Numbered from the stretch's first letter, positions 40,910 through 49,741 are shown. The stretch: 64,000 nt of DNA from Nitrososphaerales archaeon (GCA_030038075.1 JASHPO010000091.1:571-64570), one strand, 5' to 3'. Made by a program: numbers and translations. Notes: generated by a model from the sequence alone, not told the origin.

Positions 40910-41265
40910 CTAACAGGATATGCTCTGACTCATTGTCGTGGCGGAATACAAGTCATTGCTATGTCTGTTACTGTGGTCACAAGACTAGATGGATTGTAAT
41001 ATGACAGGCTCGTCTGATTTGAAGTTGTCACGCATGTTGGGTCATACTGGTAGACCTAGACTCCTTGCTTGGTTATGGTCAACACGGCGTAGGTCTGAAT
41101 TGAAACAATGGTTACGCTTGTTGTTTCCGTCTGCGTAGAACCTGTGAGAGTTTGAGTTACGATCTAATTCTTTCCAGAAGAGACCGCGTATCCAATAGAG
41201 GCTCCTGGCCCCAAAGCGATTAGAATGAACACAACTGAAACAAGAAGCATTGTGCGAGGCGACAA
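40910..41265 (-). pseudogene. Decayed membrane-anchored T-rich secreted protein
   Basis: MSPRTMLLVSVVFILIALG...; in-frame TAG at 41164-66 and 41056-58, plus a late frameshift; ends SISC*, like the SLSC* end of the 44487 gene. Confidence 0.6.
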
Positions 41266-41326
41266 GTTAGGATTTCTCACCGATTATTTTCGGAACTGTA
41301 AAGATAAATTGTCGTCTGGAGGCAAC

Positions 41327-41371
41327 TGTTCTAATCATCAGAACAAGTTTGCTATTGCATATTCTCAAATA
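41327..41371 (+). promoter_or_regulatory. Pilin-array upstream element copy 3
   Basis: tgttct aatcatc agaaca agtttgctattgcatattct caaata. Confidence 0.8.
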
Positions 41372-41402
41372 CGACTGACGGCTTTTCGAATATTGTCTTA
41401 CA

Positions 41403-41981
41403 TTGGCAAAAGCACGCAGAGCAATCTCGCTTAGAGTTTCAGTGATAGTTGTCATCGCGCTAATTCTGGTAGTCGGTTTCGGAGTTTATCTCAACGATAC
41501 ATTCAACACCTCAAACACTGCTACGAGCGTTTTTGCTAGTAATACCAGTTCCTCAACATCGAGTGGTAGCGCATCCGTTATTACCACTCAAAACACTACA
41601 TCCAAGATCATTCTCTCTCAAGGAACGACCTATCAGGTACAATCGAGCTACGATTGCGTGGCCGGTCATTTTGCACAGCCGTTCAACATAACCACAATTT
41701 CCTACCTTGAGGGCGGAATAAACGTGACAAATCCAGGAGTCACGGTTTATGTTTCAACTACTCAGCAAGCTCAGACGACCAACTTGGGTCACCCAATCCA
41801 GTGGGCCTATTCTGCAAATGTGACAAATTCGACAACGTTCAAGGTTATTCTCCCTTCAGGGTCCTACGTCCTGTGGATCGAAGGCGCAGACATGGGATGC
41901 GGGGCGACGATTGTCACGCCGCTCGAACAGTTGACTGTGGTCACAGTAACCCAGGCCATCATGGTCACACCCGAATCTTAG
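41403..41981 (+). CDS. S/T-rich surface protein with class III signal peptide
   Basis: MAKARRA/ISLRVSVIVVIALILVVGFGVYLNDTFNT. Confidence 0.78.
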   Translation: MAKARRAISLRVSVIVVIALILVVGFGVYLNDTFNTSNTATSVFASNTSSSTSSGSASVITTQNTTSKIILSQGTTYQVQSSYDCVAGHFAQPFNITTISYLEGGINVTNPGVTVYVSTTQQAQTTNLGHPIQWAYSANVTNSTTFKVILPSGSYVLWIEGADMGCGATIVTPLEQLTVVTVTQAIMVTPES

Positions 41982-42001
41982 ATCGTTCTGAACAGCCCAG
42001 T

Positions 42002-42045
42002 TGTTTTAATCATCAGAAGTCTCGCTATTGCGTATTCCCAAATAA
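42002..42045 (+). promoter_or_regulatory. Orphan degenerate copy 4 of the upstream element
   Basis: tgtttt aatcatc agaa--gtctcgctattgcgtattcc caaataa; no downstream + strand gene. Confidence 0.7.
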
Positions 42046-42066
42046 CGGCAAGACAGAGTATGCCTT

Positions 42067-42567
42067 CTATTGAGATCCCAATACAATCAACTTAACCTCA
42101 TGATCTCCAAGAAGTCTTTCAGCTTTTGAAAAGTCGGAGTCCGATGTGAGAAGTGATTCAATGTTGAAACCTCTATTTTTCAAGGAGATCAAATGAGCAA
42201 TGTGGAGCAAATCTAGACTCCTGAGCTTGACATCGGAGGCTAGAGCAAGACAGGAGCCAGATTCCAAATCAACCTTCCCAAACGGCGTCGCCACTTGCTC
42301 GACTGCAGGAGGTAGGAGTTTCACATCGTACTTTGACATCAAATGAACTAGATATGCCAATAGTACCGTGGAAGGTTGGACATCTTCGACCGGAACCGCG
42401 GAGATTAGCTCTGGCTTCCGCGAAATAGACGCTGCTAACTCGACGAGAAAGAGCTCTGATACTACTTTTTCTCTGGTTCTGGCCAAGAGCGTGGCAGCTT
42501 CTCTGCTCCTTTGGCGCGTTGACGTATCCATGGCAGCAATTACCAGACTCGTGTCGATGTAATTCAT
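42067..42567 (-). CDS. vapC: VapC PIN-domain toxin
   Basis: YIDTSLV, SELFLVEL, LRSLDLLHIA, LTSDSDF. Confidence 0.88.
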   Translation of the reverse strand: MNYIDTSLVIAAMDTSTRQRSREAATLLARTREKVVSELFLVELAASISRKPELISAVPVEDVQPSTVLLAYLVHLMSKYDVKLLPPAVEQVATPFGKVDLESGSCLALASDVKLRSLDLLHIAHLISLKNRGFNIESLLTSDSDFSKAERLLGDHEVKLIVLGSQ

Positions 42568-42800
42568 CTGAATTCCCTATCCAGTTTGACCCCAGCGAAA
42601 TTCAATTTGCCAGCAGAGTCCAAATTTTGGATGATTTTGACTAGCTTACCAAGCTGTTTGAGTTCTTCTTGAGAGTCTAGCCCTCTCTTCATCAATTCTC
42701 GAATTGCTTCACTTCTGTTGGAATATAGCCCGGTCTTCACGAATAGGTCGATGGTCTCCAGAGTTTCTCGATTTAGCCTCACAGGAATAGTTTCAGTCAT
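42564..42800 (-). CDS. vapB: RHH (CopG-like) antitoxin
   Basis: IPVRL...IDLFVKTGLYSNRSEAIRELM; 4-bp overlap with vapC. Confidence 0.85.
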   Translation of the reverse strand: MTETIPVRLNRETLETIDLFVKTGLYSNRSEAIRELMKRGLDSQEELKQLGKLVKIIQNLDSAGKLNFAGVKLDREFR

Positions 42801-42830
42801 TTTATATACGTATGCGAATACGTATATAAA
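42801..42830. promoter_or_regulatory. Perfect 13-bp inverted repeat TTTATATACGTAT-GCGA-ATACGTATATAAA
   Basis: Abuts the antitoxin start codon and contains the TATA box. Confidence 0.7.
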
Positions 42831-43099
42831 AGATAAGCGATATTCTTTATGGTCGAGCCTGGCTACTCTATGTCCCGATTAAGAGCTCCCGGCTGGCATC
42901 TGTTGGGCAAGCAGTCGTAGAGCGAACCAACCGCGCTCGGAACAGCATGAACAAGAACACCGAGGGCCACGAATGAGGATACGGCTGAACCCCAATCGCA
43001 ACCGCCTACAATGATCCCATTATTGCCTGAATGCCATTCCCATGAATTCGAGTCGTCTCTACGGACCAGGGATTCGAGTGTGAGAAGCCTGGCAATGAT

Positions 43100-43145
43100 C
43101 GTTCTAATCATCAGAACAGTTCTGCTATTGCATATTCTCAAATAA
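43100..43145 (+). promoter_or_regulatory. Pilin-array upstream element copy 5
   Basis: cgttct aatcatc agaaca gttctgctattgcatattct caaataa. Confidence 0.8.
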
Positions 43146-43177
43146 TACCATATCGCCTTTGATATTCGTTACCCGAA

Positions 43178-44374
43178 TTGACTATAGCACGCAGAGCTAT
43201 CTCGTTAGGTGTATCTGCCCTGATAGTCATTATTATCATCTTGATAGTCGGTTTTGGTATCTTGCTCAATGCTACTTTCAACACTACAACCACGGCAAGC
43301 ATCTCATCAAGCACTTCGTTCTCGACGCTTGTAAGTAATTCCTCTTTCGCGACAACCCAAAGCTCGAACGCTACTCTTTCCTCGTCATCGATTTCGACGG
43401 CATCAACATTAGTTACAGCGCAAACCACAAACTCGACTTTGGGTCTAGAACTCTCAGTATCTGTAAATTCGACCAGCGTCCCTAGCGAGGACGCAATCCA
43501 GGTATCGGGTTCCATTACAAATACACTATCGACCGTAAACAACTTGACGGCAGCAAACGACTGGCCGATTCAAGGGCCTGCTGGTCTGCTCGCGCTACTC
43601 TCTGGGCCCTGTGATCTCGGAAATGGCACAAACAAACTCTATTCCCCTATTGGTTTTGGAGTTTTCGCGGGGTTCTACGGGCTGAACAATATTTCCAGTG
43701 CCGGAAATCCCCTGCCGATATGGGCATTCATTACGTGTCCTGCTGATTTTGCATTCAATGGCTCAAGTTTAATCGGTTTGCTTCAGAACATCACGAGCTA
43801 TTCATTCCTCCCAAAGTCTGATAGTGGATACTACTCTGCATACTACTCAGGTTCTGAAGGGTTAGCGAAAGGAGTGTTACAGGCCACAATTGCAGATAGC
43901 GCAACGGTCTCTGCGAGCAACAGCACGGGAACACTTCCACCGCCCTATGATACGCTCGGCTCCTCACTACCTCAGAACTATACTCTGGTTGCCGGTGACG
44001 AGTGGGGTCAAATCGTATTATTGCAATTCACAGTCACTCCATCGAACAATCTCCCAGTTTTCGGCGAGTTTCTTTCATCTCTAGCCTTGGAAGGTTGTTC
44101 GGAAGGCGGCGTCCCTATTCCATGCATCTCATTTCAATTTGCTGGTGCAATCCTTTTCAACTGTGCTCTCGAGGCCGCAACATCCTCTGGTTGTATTGAG
44201 CATCTCAGTTCAGATTTGGGAAACTATACGATCACAACTTGGTATCCTTACGTCGACCAGGCAAACGAACCAACGTCAGCAAATTGCTGGTTCAGCGAGA
44301 GCGGTTATGCTACGCCTCCCTATGGGTACTGTTTCTTGATAAACTCGACAGCATTTGTCTATAGTGTTGTGTAG
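43178..44374 (+). CDS. S/T-rich surface protein with class III signal peptide; DEWG domain plus Cys-rich C-terminal domain
   Basis: MTIARRA/ISLGVSALIVIIIILIVGFG; NYTLVAGDEWGQIVL. Confidence 0.78.
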   Translation: MTIARRAISLGVSALIVIIIILIVGFGILLNATFNTTTTASISSSTSFSTLVSNSSFATTQSSNATLSSSSISTASTLVTAQTTNSTLGLELSVSVNSTSVPSEDAIQVSGSITNTLSTVNNLTAANDWPIQGPAGLLALLSGPCDLGNGTNKLYSPIGFGVFAGFYGLNNISSAGNPLPIWAFITCPADFAFNGSSLIGLLQNITSYSFLPKSDSGYYSAYYSGSEGLAKGVLQATIADSATVSASNSTGTLPPPYDTLGSSLPQNYTLVAGDEWGQIVLLQFTVTPSNNLPVFGEFLSSLALEGCSEGGVPIPCISFQFAGAILFNCALEAATSSGCIEHLSSDLGNYTITTWYPYVDQANEPTSANCWFSESGYATPPYGYCFLINSTAFVYSVV

Positions 44375-44486
44375 TTTGATCTGGTTTGACCTCAACTCGA
44401 ACCAATTTTGGAAAGACAAAAGCAAACCACTATGACGGAAGTAATCACTCTGTGCCACCAACAGACCTATACTAATTCTTCAACCA

Positions 44487-44912
44487 GTGGTTAGCAAGTT
44501 TGCAACTTCAAAAGGCATCACTCACGTTCTTTCAATTGTAATCATAATTGTAATTGTCGCGGTTGCGTTCGGAGGATACTTTTTCGGCTCCGCCAACGTA
44601 TCTACCAATACCACCAAAATCTTCCAGAAAAGCGAAGTTACAGAGACGCTTGTTCAGGTGAGCCAAGTTACAGAAACCAACCCGATGGCTGTCGAAACCA
44701 TCACTGAGGTAGTACTGATATACACCGGAACCAATGCCGGCGAGGGGTTTTGCGAATCAGATGCTCTCAATAATACAAACTGTATAGGCATGTCGATTGT
44801 TAGCGTCACAACGAGCACAACGATGCTTTACATTAATCCGCCAAACGCCGCGCAGGGCTACGTCAACGTTACGGTTACGGAAGTTACTTCGTACAGCTCT
44901 CTTTCCTGTTAG
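44487..44912 (+). CDS. Small T-rich protein with class III-like signal peptide
   Basis: SKG/ITHVLSIVIIIVIVAVAFGGY. Confidence 0.65.
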   Translation: MVSKFATSKGITHVLSIVIIIVIVAVAFGGYFFGSANVSTNTTKIFQKSEVTETLVQVSQVTETNPMAVETITEVVLIYTGTNAGEGFCESDALNNTNCIGMSIVSVTTSTTMLYINPPNAAQGYVNVTVTEVTSYSSLSC

Positions 44913-45081
44913 AACGCATTGACAAACTATACCACAATCACATCAAACACCAACAAGACCACAATTGACTGGTCGTGGACCTGCTCAGGGTGACCGAACC
45001 GATCTGCCATCTTCAAGAGCCATCAGCCCAACACAACAAGTCGGAAGGATTATGCCATTGAGTATTGTTTAATATCGGAAA

Positions 45082-45699
45082 GTGGTAAGGACTGGTGGAA
45101 ACAATCGGATGAAGAAACGAAACGTATGGATTGCATTGATCACCGCAGCCATCCTAGGTGTCCTCATCTATGCTCCGGTTATACCCATTCCTCCCTTTTC
45201 TAGTGGATTTTCCGGTGTGTACACTCCTCCTCATACTCTTGATTCTGTCGCAATGAAGTTTCTCAACTTTGGCACACAGTATCACGGACCCTATGCACCT
45301 TACTACGCCCATGGAACACTTGAGTTCTGCTTAGTTCAGTATTGTGGTCCTACCCCATTTGGTGCGTTGCTCTGGGCTGATTTCCTCGTCGCAATTGCGG
45401 CAATCGACGTTGGTCTGCTCGTAAGTTTCATTCTGACAAAGAAAGGCTTGACCGGAGCATTGTCCCAACTAGGTTTTGGAGTCCTCGCGGTAATCTCTCC
45501 GGTCCTTGTTCTTTTTCTAGGAATTTCCCCGGTGTGGATGAGCATTAACCGTCTCGTGAAAGAAGAGATCATTGTTACAGGCGCGGTTCTAGTCTTGACT
45601 GCAGTAGCTGAAATATGCTGGTTCAGGAAAAGCAAGCAAAACCAATTCCTCAGGCAGTCAGAGAAACTTGAAAGTGACCATCAAGTACGCGCGCAATGA
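45082..45699 (+). CDS. Hypothetical membrane protein
   Basis: About 4 TM segments; ATG at 45109 may be the start. Confidence 0.6.
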   Translation: MVRTGGNNRMKKRNVWIALITAAILGVLIYAPVIPIPPFSSGFSGVYTPPHTLDSVAMKFLNFGTQYHGPYAPYYAHGTLEFCLVQYCGPTPFGALLWADFLVAIAAIDVGLLVSFILTKKGLTGALSQLGFGVLAVISPVLVLFLGISPVWMSINRLVKEEIIVTGAVLVLTAVAEICWFRKSKQNQFLRQSEKLESDHQVRAQ

Positions 45700-45804
45700 A
45701 GCCTTAGAGATAGGTAGGAATACGGATTCCTCTGGAATCCTTAAAATGATATTTCTGATGACATAAGTTTCTCATGATATTGGACTGGAGAGCAGTGGGC
45801 TGGA

Positions 45805-46001
45805 TCAATGCGAAACTGCAATCTGAGAAAGTTGCTTTAGTACGCCCTTTTTCTTGATGCCCCAAAGCTCGATTCCCATTACTTCACGTCTCGGTCCAGT
45901 TCAACTATCACATTATCCTCCACTTCCTTCACGCTATCAGAAGGACCCTTCCTGAAATGCGTGTATGGGATGTCCTCTTTGGAATCGTAACTGACTTTCA
46001 T
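45805..46001 (-). pseudogene. DUF2283-like antitoxin, frameshifted
   Basis: MKVSYDSKEDIPY...EVEDNVIVELDRD, shift, EVMGIELW. Confidence 0.65.
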
Positions 46002-46284
46002 TTAAGGGGACCCAAGACCCAAAGCACCTCCCCACTTTCTTTCTAATAAGCCTGTCAACCTTTCGATGAGCGATAAAACGGTGATAACTCTGTTCGTTTC
46101 TTCGGGCGCATAAACAACTACAAGACTTTTTTTGATCAACCGGTTTCACCGCAACCATGGCGTCCGACTCGATGTCCTTGTAAATGGAATCTGGGCTGGC
46201 TGTACCTGAAATTACGTCCTGCCTTTTCACAATTCGATCCCGCATTTTCTCTGTTGCGTGTCGGCTAAACTCGACTCGATACAA
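46002..46284 (-). pseudogene. DUF4258-like (RelE-fold) toxin, frameshifted
   Basis: VEFSRHATEKMRDRIV...PD; the continuation SLVVVY...RVITV is in another frame after a homopolymer run near 46130. Confidence 0.6.
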
Positions 46285-46793
46285 AAGTCACCTTCCGTCT
46301 CCTTTTTGTTTACCTGGAATTGAATGTTCTGAGCATCACGCAAGCCAAGTCCAATAAATGCTCCTGATTCCATATGCCGAGCCTGTTAGATGGATACTCT
46401 ATCACATGAGGCGAGCAGAATTTCCTGTGGTAACCAAAAATGGAATCTTCTGAACCAACCTTCACAACCCCGGGTTTCTAGGGACGATGTCCCATCTAAA
46501 CATGATTGGACGAACTTTGGAAGAGATGATCAACCGTTCAGAATTTGGCCAAGTATTCGTCGCACTGCTTTTTCCGGGTTACAATCAAATGAGCGCGATC
46601 ATTGTATTCATGCGGTCAAACGTGGAACTCGAGGCAGATTCTTCCGAGCATAAGAGTAGCGCTGTTGTTTCGGTCTGTTTTTAATTGTTCCTCTTGGGAG
46701 CTCATTGAGCACGCCCGAACGGGTAACAGTACGTACAGGATAAATCTAAAAGTCGTGGACTCCTGCGCTTGAATTAATGAGGTAGAAACTACA

Positions 46794-47102
46794 ATGATGA
46801 ACGAAGGCTATAGGACATGCTCGGGATGTAATAGAGAGATAATGGTTTCATCCAGAGGTTTATTTTTGCCTCATAAGGACAAGAAAAAGAAAATCGTTTG
46901 CCCCATGTCTGGCAAAGCACCTAACTATGATATATGCGATTTATGCGGAAAGAAAATTGCAAACCCTGACAATGAAACTAGGTATTGTTCAGAAGAATGT
47001 GAGAAAAAAGATTCTCGCCGTCACTTGATGCCTGTTAATCAGGAAATTTCCAAACGAAAAATCAAGTCATTAAAATTTTCAAACCCGCTTTACTTTGATT
47101 GA
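46794..47102 (+). CDS. Small Cys-rich putative zinc-finger protein
   Basis: CSGC, H...CPMSG, CDLCG, YCSEEC. Confidence 0.5.
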   Translation: MMNEGYRTCSGCNREIMVSSRGLFLPHKDKKKKIVCPMSGKAPNYDICDLCGKKIANPDNETRYCSEECEKKDSRRHLMPVNQEISKRKIKSLKFSNPLYFD

Positions 47103-47119
47103 TGGAAATTATTCCCAAA

Positions 47120-47866
47120 TTATCCAATAGCTGGTTTCAGATAACTCGTCCCGACGAGTTGGGCTAGGAACAAGTCGCTGTCGGTGAAAGCTGGGCAGGA
47201 AGTATTCAGTCCTGAAGAGCCATCTCCGTTTGTCTGCGCAATTCCTATCCCGAACAGTGAGCTACCGCATCTGACGTACTGTGGAAAGAAGTATGAAAAA
47301 ATGAAAGACCACTGAAAGTCGTAGACAACGATTATTGATTCACCAGTCGAATTGAAGAGCGCCTGCTCGGGAAAAGCGTAAACTGCGTCGTATGGATACG
47401 GACCGCCCTGCGATGCATTTCCGAAGCTATCCGTTATGTACATCGATCCGGTAAAGTTTGCATCGAAGCTTCCATTCGTGGTCAGACTAGAGTCATTCTG
47501 CGGATAGTAGGCGTATTTCATGCAGATCTGAGCAAAATTCATCGTGAAATTGCTGATGATAAAGTAGGTTGAGCTGTTCAAATTGAATCCTGATGGATAA
47601 TTTTCTAGGCAGGTCGTGGGAAAATTTGCCGGAAGGGATTGCTTCACGTATTCCGACCCACTCGCAATCTCAGTTACAGTCTTCGTAGAGATGACTGTCT
47701 GTGTGCTCGTGAGGGTGGTCTCGATTGTCGCAACACTTGTTTGCTCGGGAAGTGGAGATGAACTTGAGCTGTATTCGTAAAAAAGGACGCCGAGAGCAGA
47801 AGATAGAACGATTATCGCAAGCACTAGACCGGCAACAACTCCAGAGACACCCGTCTTTGATGCCAA
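47120..47866 (-). CDS. S/T-rich surface protein with class III-like N-terminus
   Basis: MASKTG/VSGVVAGLVLAIIVLSSALGVLFY; divergent from 47994 across a shared palindrome. Confidence 0.7.
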   Translation of the reverse strand: MASKTGVSGVVAGLVLAIIVLSSALGVLFYEYSSSSSPLPEQTSVATIETTLTSTQTVISTKTVTEIASGSEYVKQSLPANFPTTCLENYPSGFNLNSSTYFIISNFTMNFAQICMKYAYYPQNDSSLTTNGSFDANFTGSMYITDSFGNASQGGPYPYDAVYAFPEQALFNSTGESIIVVYDFQWSFIFSYFFPQYVRCGSSLFGIGIAQTNGDGSSGLNTSCPAFTDSDLFLAQLVGTSYLKPAIG

Positions 47867-47892
47867 ACTCGCAACCTTACATCCAGCCGTTG

Positions 47893-47964
47893 TATATGAG
47901 ACTACCCAACGGCTTGCCTGTTCTGATCTTTAGAACACGACCAGAGGATGGTAGTTTCAAATAA
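47893..47964. promoter_or_regulatory. Bidirectional copy 6 of the upstream element
   Basis: tgttct gatcttt agaaca at 47919-37; CAAATA 20 nt away on +, CATATA 20 nt away on -. Confidence 0.75.
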
Positions 47965-47993
47965 CACGAATAGTCTTATCAGCATGTCTCTCA

Positions 47994-48447
47994 TTGGCAA
48001 AAGCAAAGAGTACGGTTTCGTTAGCATTTTCTGCAATCATTGTAATTGTACTAATCGCCATAGCAGGCTTTGGGATCTTTCTCGATGTCACTTAAACCGA
48101 AGTGCAACCAATTGCTGTACAACGACTGTCAGCAACGCTCCCAAGCTTCCTCCTCGTCCAATGTGACAACTTCCATAACAACCTGCGTTCAAACTGCTCA
48201 ATCTGGGATTTACGTTTTGGTTCTAAACGATTCTTCAGGTGCGGCACTCGAAGGAGTTCAGATAGCTGGGAATGTCAAGTGGCTCTGCGGTTCTTACGCG
48301 CCACCAGGTTATTTTGTTGCAACACAGAATATCAGCGCAACGAATACTTCTTCCGATGGAACGCTCTTCATTGGTTCTATCGTTGGAAACTATTCACTAA
48401 CTCTTCCGCTGTCGTGTGTTCCTATATCTGAAAGTGGCAAGGACTAG
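47994..48447 (+). pseudogene. Frameshifted MAKA family surface protein
   Basis: MAKAKSTVSLAFSAIIVIVLIAIAGFGIFLDVT*; the S/T-rich body continues in shifted frames (SQASSSSNVTTSITTCVQ...). Confidence 0.7.
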
Positions 48448-48452
48448 AAGCC

Positions 48453-48770
48453 ATGCAGAAAAAAGAACAAAACTCTCCACATGTCGCCACCAGACCGGAA
48501 GAATTGGCACGCTTCTGCCTTTTCATTTACATTGCCGCCACTGTTTCCTCCACTTTTCTGTTCCTCGTTTCACTAGCAAATCCTTACAACAATGTGTTAG
48601 ATGGTTACACCTTCGCTGGTGCTCTGGGTTTATGGTTTGTAGCACTTTTCAGCGGAGCGTTCGAGTGGAATTACTCCAAAAGAGCATCAGTTATCATGCT
48701 TGTTGCTCTTCTGCTCTTGACTGTCGTCGGCGTACTCCGATGGATGTTCGTCCTTCAGGGTATTGATTAG
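48453..48770 (+). CDS. Hypothetical 3-TM membrane protein
   Basis: Three hydrophobic segments. Confidence 0.5.
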   Translation: MQKKEQNSPHVATRPEELARFCLFIYIAATVSSTFLFLVSLANPYNNVLDGYTFAGALGLWFVALFSGAFEWNYSKRASVIMLVALLLLTVVGVLRWMFVLQGID

Positions 48771-48873
48771 TTTCCTCGTGCTTTTCAATTCGTCCCATCT
48801 CTTCCTCCTCGTAGTGGTCGATTCTAACCTGGTGAAAATATTTAGATAATCGGATGTAAGTACCAATTCCGAT

Positions 48874-49128
48874 TTGCCTTCTCAGTCGGAAGTCACACTG
48901 AAAGTTGGAAAGAAAGGAGAAATATTCACCAGCGCCGAACTGAGAAAACGAGCCAGAATTAAGGAAGGCGGCCAGGTAAAAGCTAGCGTCGTAGGAAATA
49001 AGCTCATCATAGAAGCGATACCTTCAATCGAAGAGCTGTTGAGCAGACCGCCGATCATGCGTACTACAACAAGAGTAATTGAGAAGATCAATGAAGAAAT
49101 CCAAAAGGCAGAGGGAATCTATGGATGA
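48874..49128 (+). CDS. vapB: AbrB/MazE-type antitoxin
   Basis: KVGKKGEIFTSAELRKRARIKEG; inverted repeat AATCGGA-N13-TCCGATT at 48848-74. Confidence 0.85.
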   Translation: MPSQSEVTLKVGKKGEIFTSAELRKRARIKEGGQVKASVVGNKLIIEAIPSIEELLSRPPIMRTTTRVIEKINEEIQKAEGIYG

Positions 49129-49597
49129 ACTTTTGCTTGATTCTTCATATCTTTTTCCTCTATTCGGCATAAAGTTAGAATACAAGAACTTTGAAGCGGT
49201 ATTTCCAAGTTCGTTATCTCAAAGATTTGTCGTGAAGTACAATCCAGTTTCACTGATTGAGGCAAAATGGTACGTTCTTAGAGAGTCAAAGAAGAAGCGA
49301 GAACACGAAAACCTCGTTAAGAGCTATCGGACAGGGTTGTCGTCCCTCCAAAGGGATAAGAGACTTGAAAGTACTTTGCTAACAAACGAAAGGATCGAAG
49401 AGCTGTCTGACTCTTTACTAGCTACATTTGAGGTCAAGGATTATTTTGACAGAATAATCTATTCAACAGCCGCTAATTTGCAATGTACATTCCTAACCGA
49501 AGATGACCAGCTACATAACTTGTTTGACAACGCTAAGAATAACCTAATGAAACCAAAAGAGATCAAGAAGTGGAAAGATATTCTGCCCAGCCTTTGA
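49121..49597 (+). CDS. vapC: VapC PIN-domain toxin
   Basis: LLLDSSYL, SLIE, DYFDRIIYSTA, FLTED. Confidence 0.85.
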   Translation: MDELLLDSSYLFPLFGIKLEYKNFEAVFPSSLSQRFVVKYNPVSLIEAKWYVLRESKKKREHENLVKSYRTGLSSLQRDKRLESTLLTNERIEELSDSLLATFEVKDYFDRIIYSTAANLQCTFLTEDDQLHNLFDNAKNNLMKPKEIKKWKDILPSL

Positions 49598-49741
49598 CGT
49601 AAACAGTTCGAGAGAAGTGTCGAAAGTCATATTCAAAGACCTGATCTGTTTTTCTGTACCCGTACCTAAATCAAATGATGTGCCGGAGTGAAATGACGTC
49701 ATACAAATTTTGCAAGAAATTAATTGTTATCATTGGAATAA

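Noticed and set aside
40910..41265. Pyrrolysine or amber recoding
   Set aside because: A frameshift is also present, and TAG ends many intact genes in the window.
41225..43141. Short ORFs 41225-41434, 41267-41455 and 42863-43141 with similar peptides (RICNS..VLMIRT)
   Set aside because: They are translations of the repeated upstream element, not a protein family.
34322..47964. CRISPR array or canonical integron attC interpretation of the repeated motif
   Set aside because: Copies are kilobases apart with whole genes between them. No cas or intI gene and no clear RYYYAAC...GTTRRRY hairpin was found.
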